The notes beneath the pieces are model-generated. The model was given only the letters and a program-made list of their open reading frames with translations, was not told the origin of the DNA and did no database searches. DNA of 64,000 nucleotides from Alphaproteobacteria bacterium (lineage in GTDB: Bacteria; Pseudomonadota; Alphaproteobacteria; Thalassobaculales; Thalassobaculaceae). The position numbers and the translations under genes are program-made. The stretch lies in NCBI GenBank assembly GCA_022822665.1, contig JAJEAR010000030.1:64363-128362 (forward strand), in the 5' to 3' direction. Below, one piece after another: positions 1-9,540 of the stretch. Each line of letters opens with the position of its first letter. Position 1 is the first letter of the stretch.

Positions 1-851
1 CCGGGGTCCGGGGAATGGTGATCGGCGTGCTGCGCCTGTTCCGGATCAGGACCACGGCGGAGTCCGGGCCTGACGAGCGCGAGGAGGAGTTGCGGGGCAT
101 GATCGACCTGCACCGCGGGCCCGGCCTCGACGTCGGCGAGGAACGGGCGATGCTGCGCAGCATCCTCGACCTCGACCAGGTGCTGGTCGAGGAGATCATG
201 ACCCATCGGCGCAACGTCACCATGATCGATGCGGACCTGCCGGTGGAACGCATCTACGAGGCGGCGCTCGAGAGCCCGTTTACCCGCATTCCGCTGTTCC
301 GCGGCAACCAGGACGACATCATCGGGGTGCTGCACGGCAAGGAATTGCTGCGGGCACTGCGCCAGCTGCCGGCGGGAAGCAGCGTGGAGGGAATCAGCAT
401 CTCCCGTATCGCCGGACCACCGTGGTTCATTCCCGAATCGATCAACCTGCTCGACCAGCTGCGCGCCTTCAGGGCCCGGCGGGAGCACTTCGCGGTGGTC
501 GTCGATGAGTACGGCACCTTCCAGGGTGTAGTGACGCTGGAGGACATCCTCGAGGAGATCGTCGGCGACATCGACGATGAGCACGACGTGTCCGTCGCCG
601 GCCTGCGTGTGCAGCCGGACGGTTCCTACATCGTCGACGGCGGCATGACCATCCGCGATCTCAACCGGGACCTTGACTGGAACCTGCCGGACGAGGAGGC
701 GGCGACCGTGGCGGGACTGGTCCTTCACGAGTCGCGGATCATTCCCGATGTCGGCCAGGAGTTCCTGTTCCACGGCGTCCGGTTCAGGGTGCTGCGGCGC
801 ATCCGCAACCAGGTCACCCAGCTTCGGGTCCGGAGGGTCGGGTCCGAATAG
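1..851 (+). CDS. HlyC/CorC (TlyC-like) family transporter, C-terminal part (CBS pair + CorC_HlyC domain); 5' end lies outside the window
   Basis: The frame of ORF 15..851 stays open back to base 1. The translation (VEEIMTHRRNV..., FAVVVDEYGTFQGVVTLEDILEEIVGDIDDEHD, YIVDGGMTIRDLN) is typical of this family. Confidence 0.85.
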   Translation, partial: GVRGMVIGVLRLFRIRTTAESGPDEREEELRGMIDLHRGPGLDVGEERAMLRSILDLDQVLVEEIMTHRRNVTMIDADLPVERIYEAALESPFTRIPLFRGNQDDIIGVLHGKELLRALRQLPAGSSVEGISISRIAGPPWFIPESINLLDQLRAFRARREHFAVVVDEYGTFQGVVTLEDILEEIVGDIDDEHDVSVAGLRVQPDGSYIVDGGMTIRDLNRDLDWNLPDEEAATVAGLVLHESRIIPDVGQEFLFHGVRFRVLRRIRNQVTQLRVRRVGSE

Positions 852-965
852 GGGTGCCGTGGCTCCGGGTCCGAAAGGTCGGTTTCGGGCAGGGGGTCGC
901 GGCCGGCCTTGACCCCGTTTTCCGCGGCCCTATGGTGCCTGGCGTCCAGCCGGGAGAGGCCCGAG

Positions 966-1508
966 ATGCCGCTATCACCTGCCAGCCAGCGCGAGCCCGC
1001 CCACACCCGTGTGGTGACATGCAGGGGATTTCGCCGCGCCGACGGGCTGTGGGATATCGAGGGCCACCTGTGCGACACCAAGAGCAAGGACATCGAGGAC
1101 TACGGTCGCGGCCGTCTTCCCGCTGGCGAGCCGGTTCACGAGATGTGGATCCGCATGACCGTCGACGGCTCGCTCACGATCCGGGCCATCGAGGCGGTGA
1201 CCGACGCCGGACCCTACCCGGTCTGCCCGGCCATCGCCGTGAACTTCCAGCGGCTGGTCGGACTGACCGTCGGCCCCGGCTGGCGCCGGAAGGTGCACGA
1301 GCGCGTCGGCGGGGTCCAGGGCTGCACCCACCTGGTCGAACTGCTCTCGCCGGTCGCGACCACCGCGTACCAGACCATCTATTCCGGTGAACCCTCGGAG
1401 GAGGAGCTGTCGCCCGGGCAGCGCCCGCCGTTGCTGAACAGCTGTCACGCCTTCGACGAGAAGGGAGCGTTGGCGGCCCGGTTCTGGCCCTCGTTTCACC
1501 GGCCGTGA
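966..1508 (+). CDS. DUF2889-like conserved hypothetical protein
   Basis: ORF 909..1508, with the start placed at ATG 966 (MPLSPASQ...). The GCTHLVELL segment and overall length resemble DUF2889 proteins from memory. Confidence 0.55.
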   Translation: MPLSPASQREPAHTRVVTCRGFRRADGLWDIEGHLCDTKSKDIEDYGRGRLPAGEPVHEMWIRMTVDGSLTIRAIEAVTDAGPYPVCPAIAVNFQRLVGLTVGPGWRRKVHERVGGVQGCTHLVELLSPVATTAYQTIYSGEPSEEELSPGQRPPLLNSCHAFDEKGALAARFWPSFHRP

Positions 1509-1513
1509 CCGGG

Positions 1514-1771
1514 TCAGGCCGAGGCGTCGATCGAGAGCGCGTGCACCGGTCCGGCGAGTTCCTCGGCAAGGACCCTGTGGATCCGCCTCTGCACCGCGAC
1601 GCGGGACTGGCCCGCGAGCGCGGGAGAGCGCAGGACGATGCGGAAATGCGTCTCGCCGCCCGGCCGCGCACCCACGTGCCCGGCGTGCTGGGCCGACTCG
1701 TCGATGACTTCGAGGCGAACCGGATCGAAGGCCGAGGTGAGCTTGCTGGTAATCGAGTCTCGCACGGTCAT
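1514..1771 (-). CDS. BolA family protein
   Basis: ORF 1514..1825 trimmed to the internal ATG (MTVRDSITSKL...). It has the BolA-like core GGETHFRIVLRSPALAGQSRVAVQRRIHRVL...VHALSI. Confidence 0.85.
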   Translation of the reverse strand: MTVRDSITSKLTSAFDPVRLEVIDESAQHAGHVGARPGGETHFRIVLRSPALAGQSRVAVQRRIHRVLAEELAGPVHALSIDASA

Positions 1772-1867
1772 GGCGTTCGGGCCCCGCTGCTTGCTAAGGT
1801 GCGTTTTGTCCGGTCGGGATGACACAGCCGGACGGCAGGCGCAATCGCCAGGAGGCAGGAACCCGTG

Positions 1868-2455
1868 ATGTCACGCGGCTCCGGGGCACGGGCACGGAAA
1901 CTGAGGGACGCGGTGGACCAGGTCGGCTCCGCCGCCGAGACCCGCGTGCGCCTCTGCGACGTTGCGGGCTGTGAACGCTGCGGCGAGTACAAGGCGCCCA
2001 GGTCGCCGGACCGGCTCGACGAGTACTTCTGGTTCTGCCTGGAACATGTCAGGGAGTACAATCGCGGGTGGAACTACTGCCGGGACATGTCGGAGAACGA
2101 CATCGAGCACACGATCCGGCACGCGACGACCTGGGAGCGCCCGAGCTGGCCGTTCGGAACCCGGCGCCGCCACGACGCGGGCTTCGCCGGGGCCCGGATC
2201 CGGGACGACTTCGAGGTGCTCGGCCTTGCATCGCGCGCGGCGGGCTGGAAGGCGCCCGGACTGCCGCCGGAGCAGGTCCAGGCGCTGTCCGTGTTCGGGC
2301 TCGAGCCGCCGGTGACGCTTGACGAAGTCAAGGCTCGCTACAAGCGGTTGGTCAAGATGAACCACCCCGACCGCAACGGAGGTGACCGGGCCGCCGAAGA
2401 AAGGTTGAAATCGATCAACGAGGCCTATACGACTCTCAGGCGCTTTCTGGACTAG
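1868..2455 (+). CDS. J-domain (DnaJ-like) protein with N-terminal Cys-rich segment
   Basis: The C-terminal J domain carries an HPD motif (KARYKRLVKMNHPDRNGGD...INEAYTTL). It is divergent from the BolA gene, as is common in alphaproteobacteria. Confidence 0.8.
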   Translation: MSRGSGARARKLRDAVDQVGSAAETRVRLCDVAGCERCGEYKAPRSPDRLDEYFWFCLEHVREYNRGWNYCRDMSENDIEHTIRHATTWERPSWPFGTRRRHDAGFAGARIRDDFEVLGLASRAAGWKAPGLPPEQVQALSVFGLEPPVTLDEVKARYKRLVKMNHPDRNGGDRAAEERLKSINEAYTTLRRFLD

Positions 2456-3520
2456 GTGACAGCGACCGGCTCTGCCGTGGAGCTTCCGGAGCGCCGGTTC
2501 CCTGCAATTCTGGATGAAGACATGGCGGCAGCACATATCTACGAGCGCAAGCCGGCGCATCACCTTGTTGAGCCGGACACCGAGGTCGATGTTCGAGAGG
2601 CCTTCGGGATCGATACGGACATGAAGGCCCCGGCGTTTTCCGAGGCCAGCGAGTATGTCCCCCTGCTTGACGACGCGTACCTGTTCGACCCGGACACGAC
2701 GCTGGCAATCCTCGCGGGGTTCGCCCACAACCGCCGCGTGCTCATCCAGGGCTATCACGGCACCGGGAAGTCCACCCACATCGAGCAGGTGGCGGCCCGG
2801 CTTAACTGGCCCTGCGTGCGCGTCAATCTCGACAGCCACATCAGCCGGATCGACCTCATCGGCAAGGACGCGATCGTGCTGCGCGACAGCAAGCAGGTGA
2901 CCGAGTTCCGCGAGGGCATCCTGCCGTGGTCGTTGCAGAACCCGACGGCGCTGGTCTTCGACGAGTACGACGCCGGTCGTGCCGACGTCATGTTCGTCAT
3001 CCAGCGGGTGCTCGAACAGGACGGGCGGATGACCCTGCTCGACACCAACAAGGTCATCACCCCGAACCTGCACTTCCGGCTGTTCGCGACCGCGAACACC
3101 GTCGGGCTCGGCGATACCACCGGGCTCTACCACGGTACGCAGCAGATCAACCAGGGCCAGATGGACCGCTGGAACATCGTGACCACGCTCAACTACCTGG
3201 GACACGACCAGGAGACCGGGATCGTGCTGTCGAAGTCGCCGAGCTACGACACCAAGGCGGGCCGCGAGACGATCTCCGCCATGGTTGCGCTCGCCGACCT
3301 GACCCGGAACGGCTTCATGGCCGGGGATATCTCCACCGTGATGTCACCGCGGACCGTGATTACCTGGGCCGAGAACGCGGCGATCTTCAACGACGTCGCC
3401 TTCGCGTTCAGGCTTACCTTCCTCAACAAGTGCGACGAGGTCGAACGTCCGACCGTCAGCGAGTACTACCAGCGCTGTTTCGGAACCGAGCTTGTCGAGG
3501 GAAGGGTGAAGGCAGCCTGA
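2456..3520 (+). CDS. cobS: Cobaltochelatase subunit CobS (AAA+ ATPase)
   Basis: The translation ([56 protein letters not shown]...) closely matches CobS as I recall it. A GTG at 2456 abuts the upstream stop; an alternative ATG start lies at 2522. Confidence 0.93.
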   Translation: MTATGSAVELPERRFPAILDEDMAAAHIYERKPAHHLVEPDTEVDVREAFGIDTDMKAPAFSEASEYVPLLDDAYLFDPDTTLAILAGFAHNRRVLIQGYHGTGKSTHIEQVAARLNWPCVRVNLDSHISRIDLIGKDAIVLRDSKQVTEFREGILPWSLQNPTALVFDEYDAGRADVMFVIQRVLEQDGRMTLLDTNKVITPNLHFRLFATANTVGLGDTTGLYHGTQQINQGQMDRWNIVTTLNYLGHDQETGIVLSKSPSYDTKAGRETISAMVALADLTRNGFMAGDISTVMSPRTVITWAENAAIFNDVAFAFRLTFLNKCDEVERPTVSEYYQRCFGTELVEGRVKAA

Positions 3521-3529
3521 TCGATCGGG

Positions 3530-5410
3530 GTGAGTACCATGGCCGGGCTAACGCGCGATGACCAGCATCCGGTAGAGATCTTCAAGCGCTCGACGGAGGC
3601 GTGCGTGCGCGCGATGTCGCGCGAACGCGAACTCGAGGTCACCTTCGGCGCCGAGACACCGAGCATGTCCGGCGAGAAGGTCCGCCTTCCGATGCCGCCG
3701 CGCGATCTTGATCCCTACGAGATCTCCAGGGTACGCGGCGAGGCCGACAGCCTGTCGCTGCGCCGGCGCCACCACGACGCGGCGCTGCACGCGCGCCGCA
3801 TGCCCCACGGCCAGGCGGCGCGCGAGGTGTTCGAGGCGATCGAACAGGCCCGGTTCGAGGCAATCGGCGCACGGCGGATGGCCGGCGTGGCCCAGAACCT
3901 CGAGACTGCGCTCGACGACCGGTACCGGCGCCGCGGATTCGAGCGCATCAGCAACAAGGACGAGGCGTCGCTGAACGACGTGATCCGCCTGCTGGCGCGC
4001 GAGGCACTGACGGGACAGGCGCCGCCGCCGTGCGCGCGGCGCGTGATTGACCTGTGGCGTCCCTGGATCGAATCGAAGATCGGCGAGACCCTGCAGGATC
4101 TCGGCGAGGTGCTCGGCGACCAGGAGGCCTTCGCGGACCGGGCGCGGCAGATGATCCTCGATCTCGATCTCGAGATCGGCGAAGAGGGCATGTCGGACGA
4201 GGAGCAGAGCGACTCCGACGACGACGGCGAGGGTGATTCGGAAGAGATGAACGATTCCGGTACCCGCGGAACCAGCGAGGACGGGTCGGAATCGGAGATG
4301 CTGCCCTCGGAGATGGAGGCCGGGGAGGAGTCGGCCGAAGGCGAGGACAGCGACGACATGGACATGGAGCCGGGCGGCGGCGACGAGGAGCCAGCCAGTC
4401 CGGCGACCCCGCCCTACCTGCTCAATTCCGACGAACGCAAGGCGATCTACAAGGTATTCACCACGGAATTCGACGAGGTGATCCCGGCCGCCGATCTGTG
4501 CGATCCGGCGGAGCTGGCCAGGCTGCGCGCGCTGCTCGACCAGCAGCTGCACCACCTGCAGGGACTGATCGGCAAACTGGCCAACCGCCTGCAGCGCAAG
4601 CTGCTGGCCCAGCAGAACCGTTCATGGCTGTTCGATCTCGAAGAGGGCATCCTCGACGCCGGCCGGCTGTCGCGGGTGGTAACGGCGCCGCTCTACCCGC
4701 TGTCCTACAAGATGGAGAAGGACACCGAGTTCCGGGACACCGTGGTGTCCCTTCTGATCGACAATTCGGGATCGATGCGGGGCCGGCCGATCACCATTGC
4801 CGCCATGAGCGCCGACATCCTGGCGCGCACGCTGGAGCGGTGCGGGGTGAAGGTCGAGATCCTAGGCTTCACCACCCGGGCGTGGAAGGGCGGCAATTCC
4901 CGTGAGAAGTGGATGGGAATGGACAAGCCGGCCAACCCCGGCCGGCTCAACGACCTGCGCCATATCGTCTACAAGGCCGCCGAGGCGCCGTGGCGACACG
5001 CGCGCAAGTCGCTCGGGCTGATGCTGCGCGAGGGCATCCTGAAGGAGAACATCGACGGGGAGGCGCTGCTGTGGGCTCACCAGCGGCTCCTGGCCAGGCC
5101 CGAGGAACGCCGGATCCTGATGGTGATCTCCGACGGCGCCCCGGTCGATGACTCGACCCTGTCGGTCAACCTCGGCAACTACCTCGAGAAACACCTGCGC
5201 GAGGTCATTCGCTACATCGAGACGCGTTCACCGGTGGAACTGGTGGCGATCGGCATTGGCCACGATGTCACCCGCTACTACCAGCGCGCCGTGACGATCG
5301 TCGACGCCGAACAGCTCGGCGGGACGATGATGAACCAGCTCGCCGACCTGTTCGACGAGGACCAGGGAACCCGGCATCCGGGACGCGCGCGCGGCGCGGC
5401 GCGGGGCTGA
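3530..5410 (+). CDS. cobT: Cobaltochelatase subunit CobT (acidic linker + C-terminal vWA domain)
   Basis: The gene follows cobS. It has a long Asp/Glu-rich stretch (residues ~210-290) and a vWA-like C-terminus ([14 protein letters not shown]...[10 protein letters not shown]). Confidence 0.9.
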   Translation: MSTMAGLTRDDQHPVEIFKRSTEACVRAMSRERELEVTFGAETPSMSGEKVRLPMPPRDLDPYEISRVRGEADSLSLRRRHHDAALHARRMPHGQAAREVFEAIEQARFEAIGARRMAGVAQNLETALDDRYRRRGFERISNKDEASLNDVIRLLAREALTGQAPPPCARRVIDLWRPWIESKIGETLQDLGEVLGDQEAFADRARQMILDLDLEIGEEGMSDEEQSDSDDDGEGDSEEMNDSGTRGTSEDGSESEMLPSEMEAGEESAEGEDSDDMDMEPGGGDEEPASPATPPYLLNSDERKAIYKVFTTEFDEVIPAADLCDPAELARLRALLDQQLHHLQGLIGKLANRLQRKLLAQQNRSWLFDLEEGILDAGRLSRVVTAPLYPLSYKMEKDTEFRDTVVSLLIDNSGSMRGRPITIAAMSADILARTLERCGVKVEILGFTTRAWKGGNSREKWMGMDKPANPGRLNDLRHIVYKAAEAPWRHARKSLGLMLREGILKENIDGEALLWAHQRLLARPEERRILMVISDGAPVDDSTLSVNLGNYLEKHLREVIRYIETRSPVELVAIGIGHDVTRYYQRAVTIVDAEQLGGTMMNQLADLFDEDQGTRHPGRARGAARG

Positions 5411-5414
5411 CCGG

Positions 5415-7154
5415 TCAGGACGGCTCGTCGGAACGGGTACGGGTCAGCCCGTAGTTCAGCACGATCAGCGGCAGGATACCGGCGGCAACGATGGTGAGCG
5501 CGGCCGGCGCGCTTTCCTCGAGCAGTTCGTCGGAGGCGTACTGGTAGACGAAGGTTGCCAGGGTCTCGAAGTTGAACGGCCGCATCATCAGCGTCGCTGG
5601 CAGTTCCTTCATGGTGTCGACAAAGACCAGGATGGCCGCCGCCAGCACGGCGCGGCGCATCAGCGGCAGGTGCACCCGCGCCAGGGTCTGCAGCGGCGTG
5701 TGTCCGAGCGTGCGCGCCGCCATCTCGACCGACGGCGTGATCCGTCCGAGGCCGGATTCGACGGCGCCCACCGAGATCGTGGAAAACCTGACCATGTAGG
5801 CGACCAGCAGCACCGCGATACTGCCGCTCAGCAGGAGGCCGGTTCCGTGTCCGAAAACGTCGCGCGCCAGCGCGTCCAGCGCATTGTCGAGGCCGCCGGC
5901 CGGGATCAGGATGCCGACGGCCAGCACGGTGCCGGGCACCGCGTAGCCAAAGCTCGCGATCCTGACGCCGGTGCGGACCGCGGGCCCGGGGTGCAGCCTG
6001 CGTGCATAGCCGAGGAAGATCCCGACCGCGACGGTGAGCAGTGCCGCGAGGGTCGCGAGCATGAGGCTGTTGCCGCCGCTTGAGAGATAGGCCTGCCAGG
6101 CGAAGCCGGAGGTGGCGTTGAACGAGTGGTCAACCAGCAGCAGCACCGGCAGCAGGAACCCGGCGAAGAACGGGAGCGCGCAGGCAAGCGCGGCCAGCAT
6201 CCCCGCGACCGGGCCGAGATGGACCTCGGCGACCGGTCGATGCCGGCGTGCGCCGTGATGGTGGCGCTGGCGGCGTCGCGACGCGCGCTCGAGCCAGATG
6301 ATCGCAACAACGAACACGAGCAGGACGAGCGCGATCTGGGCCGCGCCGCCGGCATTGCCCATGCCGAACCAGGTGTCGTAGACGCCGGCCGTCAGGGTCT
6401 GGACCGCGAAGTAGTCAACAGTGCCGAAATCGTTGAGAGCCTCCATCAGGGCAAGGCTGACCCCGACGGCCACCGCGGGCCGGGCGAGCGGCAGGGCCAG
6501 GTACAGGAAACCCTGCAACGGAGTGCGCCCGAGCGTGCGGCTGACCTCGAGGATGCATAGGGACTGCTCGGCGAAGGCCGAGCGCGCCATCACGTAGACA
6601 TAGGGATAGAGCACCAGGGCAAGCATGCAGGTGGCGCCGCCGAGGCTGCGGATCTCGGGGAACCAGTAGTCCCCCGGTGACGTCCAGCCGAACAGCGCCC
6701 TCAGCACGCCCTGGACCGGGCCAGCGTATTCGAGGAAGTCGGTGTAGGTGTAGGCGATGACGTAGGCGGGCATCGCCAGCGGCAGGACCAGGGCCCAGGA
6801 AAAGAACCGGCGCCCCGGAAACCGGTGAAGCGAGACCAGCCACGCGGTCCCGGCTCCCAGCACCACGACACCGGCACACACGCCCGCACCCAGCAGCACG
6901 GTGGTGAACACGTAGTGCGGCAGGACGGTGTCGGCAAGATGACCCCAGATGTTCTCTTCCGGAAACAGGGCGAGCCATGCGATCGCGAACAGCGGCGAGG
7001 CGAAGACAAGCGCGACCGTGAACGCACCGACCGACCAGACCGAGATCCGGTGCCCGACGTACCTGATCAGTGCCGTGGGTGCGACATGTGCCACTGTGCC
7101 GGTCCCGCGATCAGTCCCTGTTGCACGTGCGTTGCGACGGCCCGGAGACATCAC
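5415..7154 (-). CDS. Fe(3+)-type ABC transporter permease (fused double permease, FbpB/HitB-like)
   Basis: The 579-aa polytopic membrane protein has two permease halves and lies directly downstream of the Fe(3+)-binding protein gene. Confidence 0.85.
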   Translation of the reverse strand: MMSPGRRNARATGTDRGTGTVAHVAPTALIRYVGHRISVWSVGAFTVALVFASPLFAIAWLALFPEENIWGHLADTVLPHYVFTTVLLGAGVCAGVVVLGAGTAWLVSLHRFPGRRFFSWALVLPLAMPAYVIAYTYTDFLEYAGPVQGVLRALFGWTSPGDYWFPEIRSLGGATCMLALVLYPYVYVMARSAFAEQSLCILEVSRTLGRTPLQGFLYLALPLARPAVAVGVSLALMEALNDFGTVDYFAVQTLTAGVYDTWFGMGNAGGAAQIALVLLVFVVAIIWLERASRRRQRHHHGARRHRPVAEVHLGPVAGMLAALACALPFFAGFLLPVLLLVDHSFNATSGFAWQAYLSSGGNSLMLATLAALLTVAVGIFLGYARRLHPGPAVRTGVRIASFGYAVPGTVLAVGILIPAGGLDNALDALARDVFGHGTGLLLSGSIAVLLVAYMVRFSTISVGAVESGLGRITPSVEMAARTLGHTPLQTLARVHLPLMRRAVLAAAILVFVDTMKELPATLMMRPFNFETLATFVYQYASDELLEESAPAALTIVAAGILPLIVLNYGLTRTRSDEPS

Positions 7155-7212
7155 CCGGGCACGAAGGGAGAGACCCGTGCCCGGGTGCGCCGATGTGCGC
7201 GACGCAGCACAC

Positions 7213-8253
7213 CTACTGGTCGAACCCGACGCGATCGACCATCCTGACCGCGGCGTTCCGGTTCCGGCTCAGCGTCGCGAGGTCCAGGGCATCGACCCTG
7301 AAGGTGCCCCATGCCTCGACCTGCGGCAGCCACGGAACCCCGGGGCGGACCGGGTACTCGTAGTTCTGTTCGGCGTAGAGTGTCTGGCCCGGGCCGGCCA
7401 GGAATTCCATCAGGCGGATGGCGTTTTCCCTGTTCGGGGCCGAGCGTGTCAGGGCGACGCCGGAGATGTTGACGTGGGTCCCGCGGTCATCCTGGTTGGG
7501 AAACACCAGGTAGGCCGATTCCGCCCACGGGCGCTGTTCGTCGTTCTCCAGCATCTTGCCGTAGTAGTAGTGGTTGCCGATCGCAACGTCGCACACACCC
7601 TCGTGGATCGCCTTGACCTGGGCCCGGTCGTTGCCCTGGGGCCTGCGGGCCAGGTTGGCCTTCACCGCGCGCAACCACTCCTCGGCGCGTTCGGCGCCGT
7701 GATGCTCGATCAGCGACGAGATCAGGGCGATGTTGTATCCGTTCTTGCCGCTGCGGCTGCAGACCCGTCCGCGCCACTCGGGTCCGGCGAGGTCCTCGTA
7801 GGTCCCGATCGATCCCGCCGGCACCCGGTCCCTCGCAGCGTAGATGATGCGCGCGCGCAGCGTCATGCCCCACCAGTGCCCCTCGTCATCGCGGTACTGG
7901 GACGGGATGGCGCCTTCCAGCACGGCGCTTTGAACCGGCTGGGTGACACCGGCCTCGAAGGCCTGCTCGAGGCGGGTCGAGGTCACGGTGAAGATGAGGT
8001 CGGCCGGGCTGTTGTCGCCCTCGGACTTCAGGCGTTCGACCAGTCCCTTCTTGGCGAAGACCACGTTGACCGCGATGCCGGTCTCCGCGGTGAAGGCGTC
8101 GAACAGGGGCTTGACCAGGAACGGCTGCCGGTAGGAATAGACGTTGATCTCGCCTGCGGCGTCCGCGCGCCGCATCCCTTCGGCGGTGAGGGCCAGGATC
8201 GTGCCGAGACCCGCCGCGAAGACGGCCGCGATTCGCATGGAAGCTGCGGTCAT
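7213..8253 (-). CDS. Fe(3+) ABC transporter periplasmic substrate-binding protein (FbpA/FutA-like)
   Basis: It has a signal peptide (MRIAAVFAAGLGTILALTAEG) followed by INVYSYRQPFLVKPLFDAFTAETGIAVNVV..., typical of ferric-binding proteins. Confidence 0.85.
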   Translation of the reverse strand: MTAASMRIAAVFAAGLGTILALTAEGMRRADAAGEINVYSYRQPFLVKPLFDAFTAETGIAVNVVFAKKGLVERLKSEGDNSPADLIFTVTSTRLEQAFEAGVTQPVQSAVLEGAIPSQYRDDEGHWWGMTLRARIIYAARDRVPAGSIGTYEDLAGPEWRGRVCSRSGKNGYNIALISSLIEHHGAERAEEWLRAVKANLARRPQGNDRAQVKAIHEGVCDVAIGNHYYYGKMLENDEQRPWAESAYLVFPNQDDRGTHVNISGVALTRSAPNRENAIRLMEFLAGPGQTLYAEQNYEYPVRPGVPWLPQVEAWGTFRVDALDLATLSRNRNAAVRMVDRVGFDQ

Positions 8254-8269
8254 CGGAGATCTCCGACAT

Positions 8270-8284
8270 TGCGAATGACTTGCA
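8270..8284. promoter_or_regulatory. Candidate Fur/Mur-type operator, copy 1 (TGCGAATGACTTGCA)
   Basis: This imperfect palindrome (10/15 self-complementary) lies 17-31 nt upstream of the fbpA-like start codon. It recurs 60 bp away. Confidence 0.4.
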
Positions 8285-8329
8285 GTTGCAACGCATCCTG
8301 CCAGCGGCCGGCGGGCCAGTCAAGGAAAA

Positions 8330-8344
8330 TGCGAATGATTTGCA
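8330..8344. promoter_or_regulatory. Candidate Fur/Mur-type operator, copy 2 (TGCGAATGATTTGCA)
   Basis: This is a near-identical direct repeat of the 8270..8284 motif in the divergent fbpA-like/cobW intergenic region. Its AATGAT core resembles a Fur box. Confidence 0.4.
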
Positions 8345-8475
8345 GTCGTAAAACGACAGGCCACGGATCGTGCGCGTGCGTCCGGCCGGGGAGGGCGCAC
8401 CATCGCTTGACTCCGGCGGGTTCTGCGCCCCAAATAGCCGCTGGCGGGCCGGATTGAGCCGCGACCTGACGAGGA

Positions 8476-9534
8476 ATGCCAATGACCCGCGTCCTGCCAC
8501 CGGCATCACACCGGAAGATTCCCGCAACCGTGATCACCGGGTTCCTCGGAGCGGGCAAGACCAGCCTGATCCGCCACCTGCTCGAGACCAGCCACGGCAG
8601 TCGTCTCGCGCTCGTGATCAACGAGTTCGGCGAGGTCGGCGTCGACCGTGATGTCCTGCTCGGCTGTGGCCTCGAGTCCTGCGGGGACGAGGACGTGGTG
8701 GAACTGGCCAACGGGTGCATCTGCTGCACGGTTGCCGACGATTTCCTGCCGACCATGCGCATGCTGCTCGACCGTCCCGACCCCCCGGACCACATCGTGA
8801 TCGAGACCTCGGGCCTGGCCCTGCCCAAGCCGCTGGTAAAGGCCTTCGCCTGGCCGGAAGTCAGGACCCGCGCCACCGTCGACGGCGTCATCGCGGTGGT
8901 CGATGCCGCGGCGGTGGCCGATGGCCGCTTCGCCGCCGACCCCGGGGCGGTGCAGGCCCAGCGCCGCGCCGACGAGGCGCTCGACCATGACAGCCCGCTC
9001 GAGGAACTGTTCGAGGAACAGGTGCAGTGCGCCGACATGATCGTGCTCAACAAGGTCGACTGCGTGAGCGGACAGCAACGCGCCCGTGCCGAACGCCAGA
9101 TCGCCCGGCACGCCCGTCCGGCGGTCCGGACCGTCAGCGCCAGTCACGGGGCGGTCGACGCGTCGGTCCTGCTCGGGCTCGGAGCCGGCGCCGAAAACGA
9201 CCTGGCCTCCCGGCGCTCGCACCACGACGAGGCCGGGGAGCATGATCACCGGGACTTCGACAGTTTCGTGCTGCACCCGGGCACGATCGAGAACATCGAC
9301 CGGTTCATGGCGGGACTGCAGGACTGCATCCGTCGCCATGACATCCTGCGGGTGAAGGGTTTCCTGCATGTGTCAGGCCGGCCGATGCGGCTCGCCGTTC
9401 AGGCGGTCGGCGCCCGGCTCCAGCACTACTTCGACCGCGACTGGTCCGACGGGGAGGACCGAACTTCCAGCCTGGTCGTGATCGGACTGGACGGGATGGA
9501 TCACGCCGCGATCAGGGCCGGGATCACCGGATAG
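8476..9534 (+). CDS. cobW: Cobalamin biosynthesis GTPase CobW (COG0523)
   Basis: It has a P-loop (ITGFLGAGKTSL) and a CICC metal motif (ELANGCICCTV), and lies immediately upstream of cobN. Confidence 0.9.
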   Translation: MPMTRVLPPASHRKIPATVITGFLGAGKTSLIRHLLETSHGSRLALVINEFGEVGVDRDVLLGCGLESCGDEDVVELANGCICCTVADDFLPTMRMLLDRPDPPDHIVIETSGLALPKPLVKAFAWPEVRTRATVDGVIAVVDAAAVADGRFAADPGAVQAQRRADEALDHDSPLEELFEEQVQCADMIVLNKVDCVSGQQRARAERQIARHARPAVRTVSASHGAVDASVLLGLGAGAENDLASRRSHHDEAGEHDHRDFDSFVLHPGTIENIDRFMAGLQDCIRRHDILRVKGFLHVSGRPMRLAVQAVGARLQHYFDRDWSDGEDRTSSLVVIGLDGMDHAAIRAGITG

Positions 9535-9540
9535 CGAATC

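Noticed and set aside
8254-8475. A possible cobalamin riboswitch upstream of cobW.
   Set aside because: I could not find the conserved GGGAA / GGTG..AA.TCC / CCCGCAAC..GTAA / B12-box elements by eye. A covariance-model scan is needed to be certain.
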